A DNA stretch of 64,000 bases from a virus. The position numbers were made by a program, and so were the translations under genes. Shown here piece after piece: positions 63,987 through 64,000 of this stretch (its first letter is position 1; the number at the start of each line of letters is the position of its first letter). Under the pieces are notes generated by a model. That model did no database searches, was not told the origin of the DNA, and saw only the letters and a list, made by a program, of their open reading frames with translations. The stretch is taken from IMG/VR virus record IMGVR_UViG_3300042402_001861, positions 96,001 to 160,000 of that record. One strand, written 5' to 3'.

Positions 63987-64000
63987 ACTAAATACCAACA

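Noticed and set aside
1-64000. Stop-codon reassignment
   Set aside because: Core genes are full length in the standard code and TAA, TGA and TAG all terminate genes.
1-64000. CRISPR array
   Set aside because: No regularly spaced repeat-spacer units; repeats at 11611-11741 and 15341-15402 are short and irregular.

Overview
A 64-kb internal segment of a large T4-like (Tevenvirinae/cyanomyovirus-type) tailed phage genome, standard genetic code. Core genes: gp45, gp44, gp62, regA, gp43, uvsX, gp41, gp61, a GroES/gp31-like co-chaperonin, dUTPase, SpeD, and a CobS(MoxR)/VWA pair. There are six tRNAs plus one tRNA-like element, sigma70-type early/middle promoters and many TAAATA late promoters. A subtilase with a Phycisphaerae-type dockerin tail and a secretin-like fragment suggest a planctomycete (Phycisphaerales) host. 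Main signals: (1) a large set of late-promoter genes whose N-termini resemble the T4 capsid-targeting sequence, carrying enzyme cargo (ADP-ribosyltransferases, a zinc protease, a nuclease, RegB-like, RimK and ligase-like domains). Some are polyproteins joined by Glu-rich linkers, and one domain is bounded by an exact 26-bp direct repeat encoding such a linker. (2) A DNA methyltransferase split in two by a free-standing HNH gene. (3) A 10-kb glycosylation island with two Kre2/GT15-like mannosyltransferases. (4) A tRNA-Ile(UAU). (5) A divergent early-gene island with skewed, partly inverted non-coding flanks. (6) Apparent avoidance of AGCT. All family assignments come from motif recognition by eye; no database search was run.
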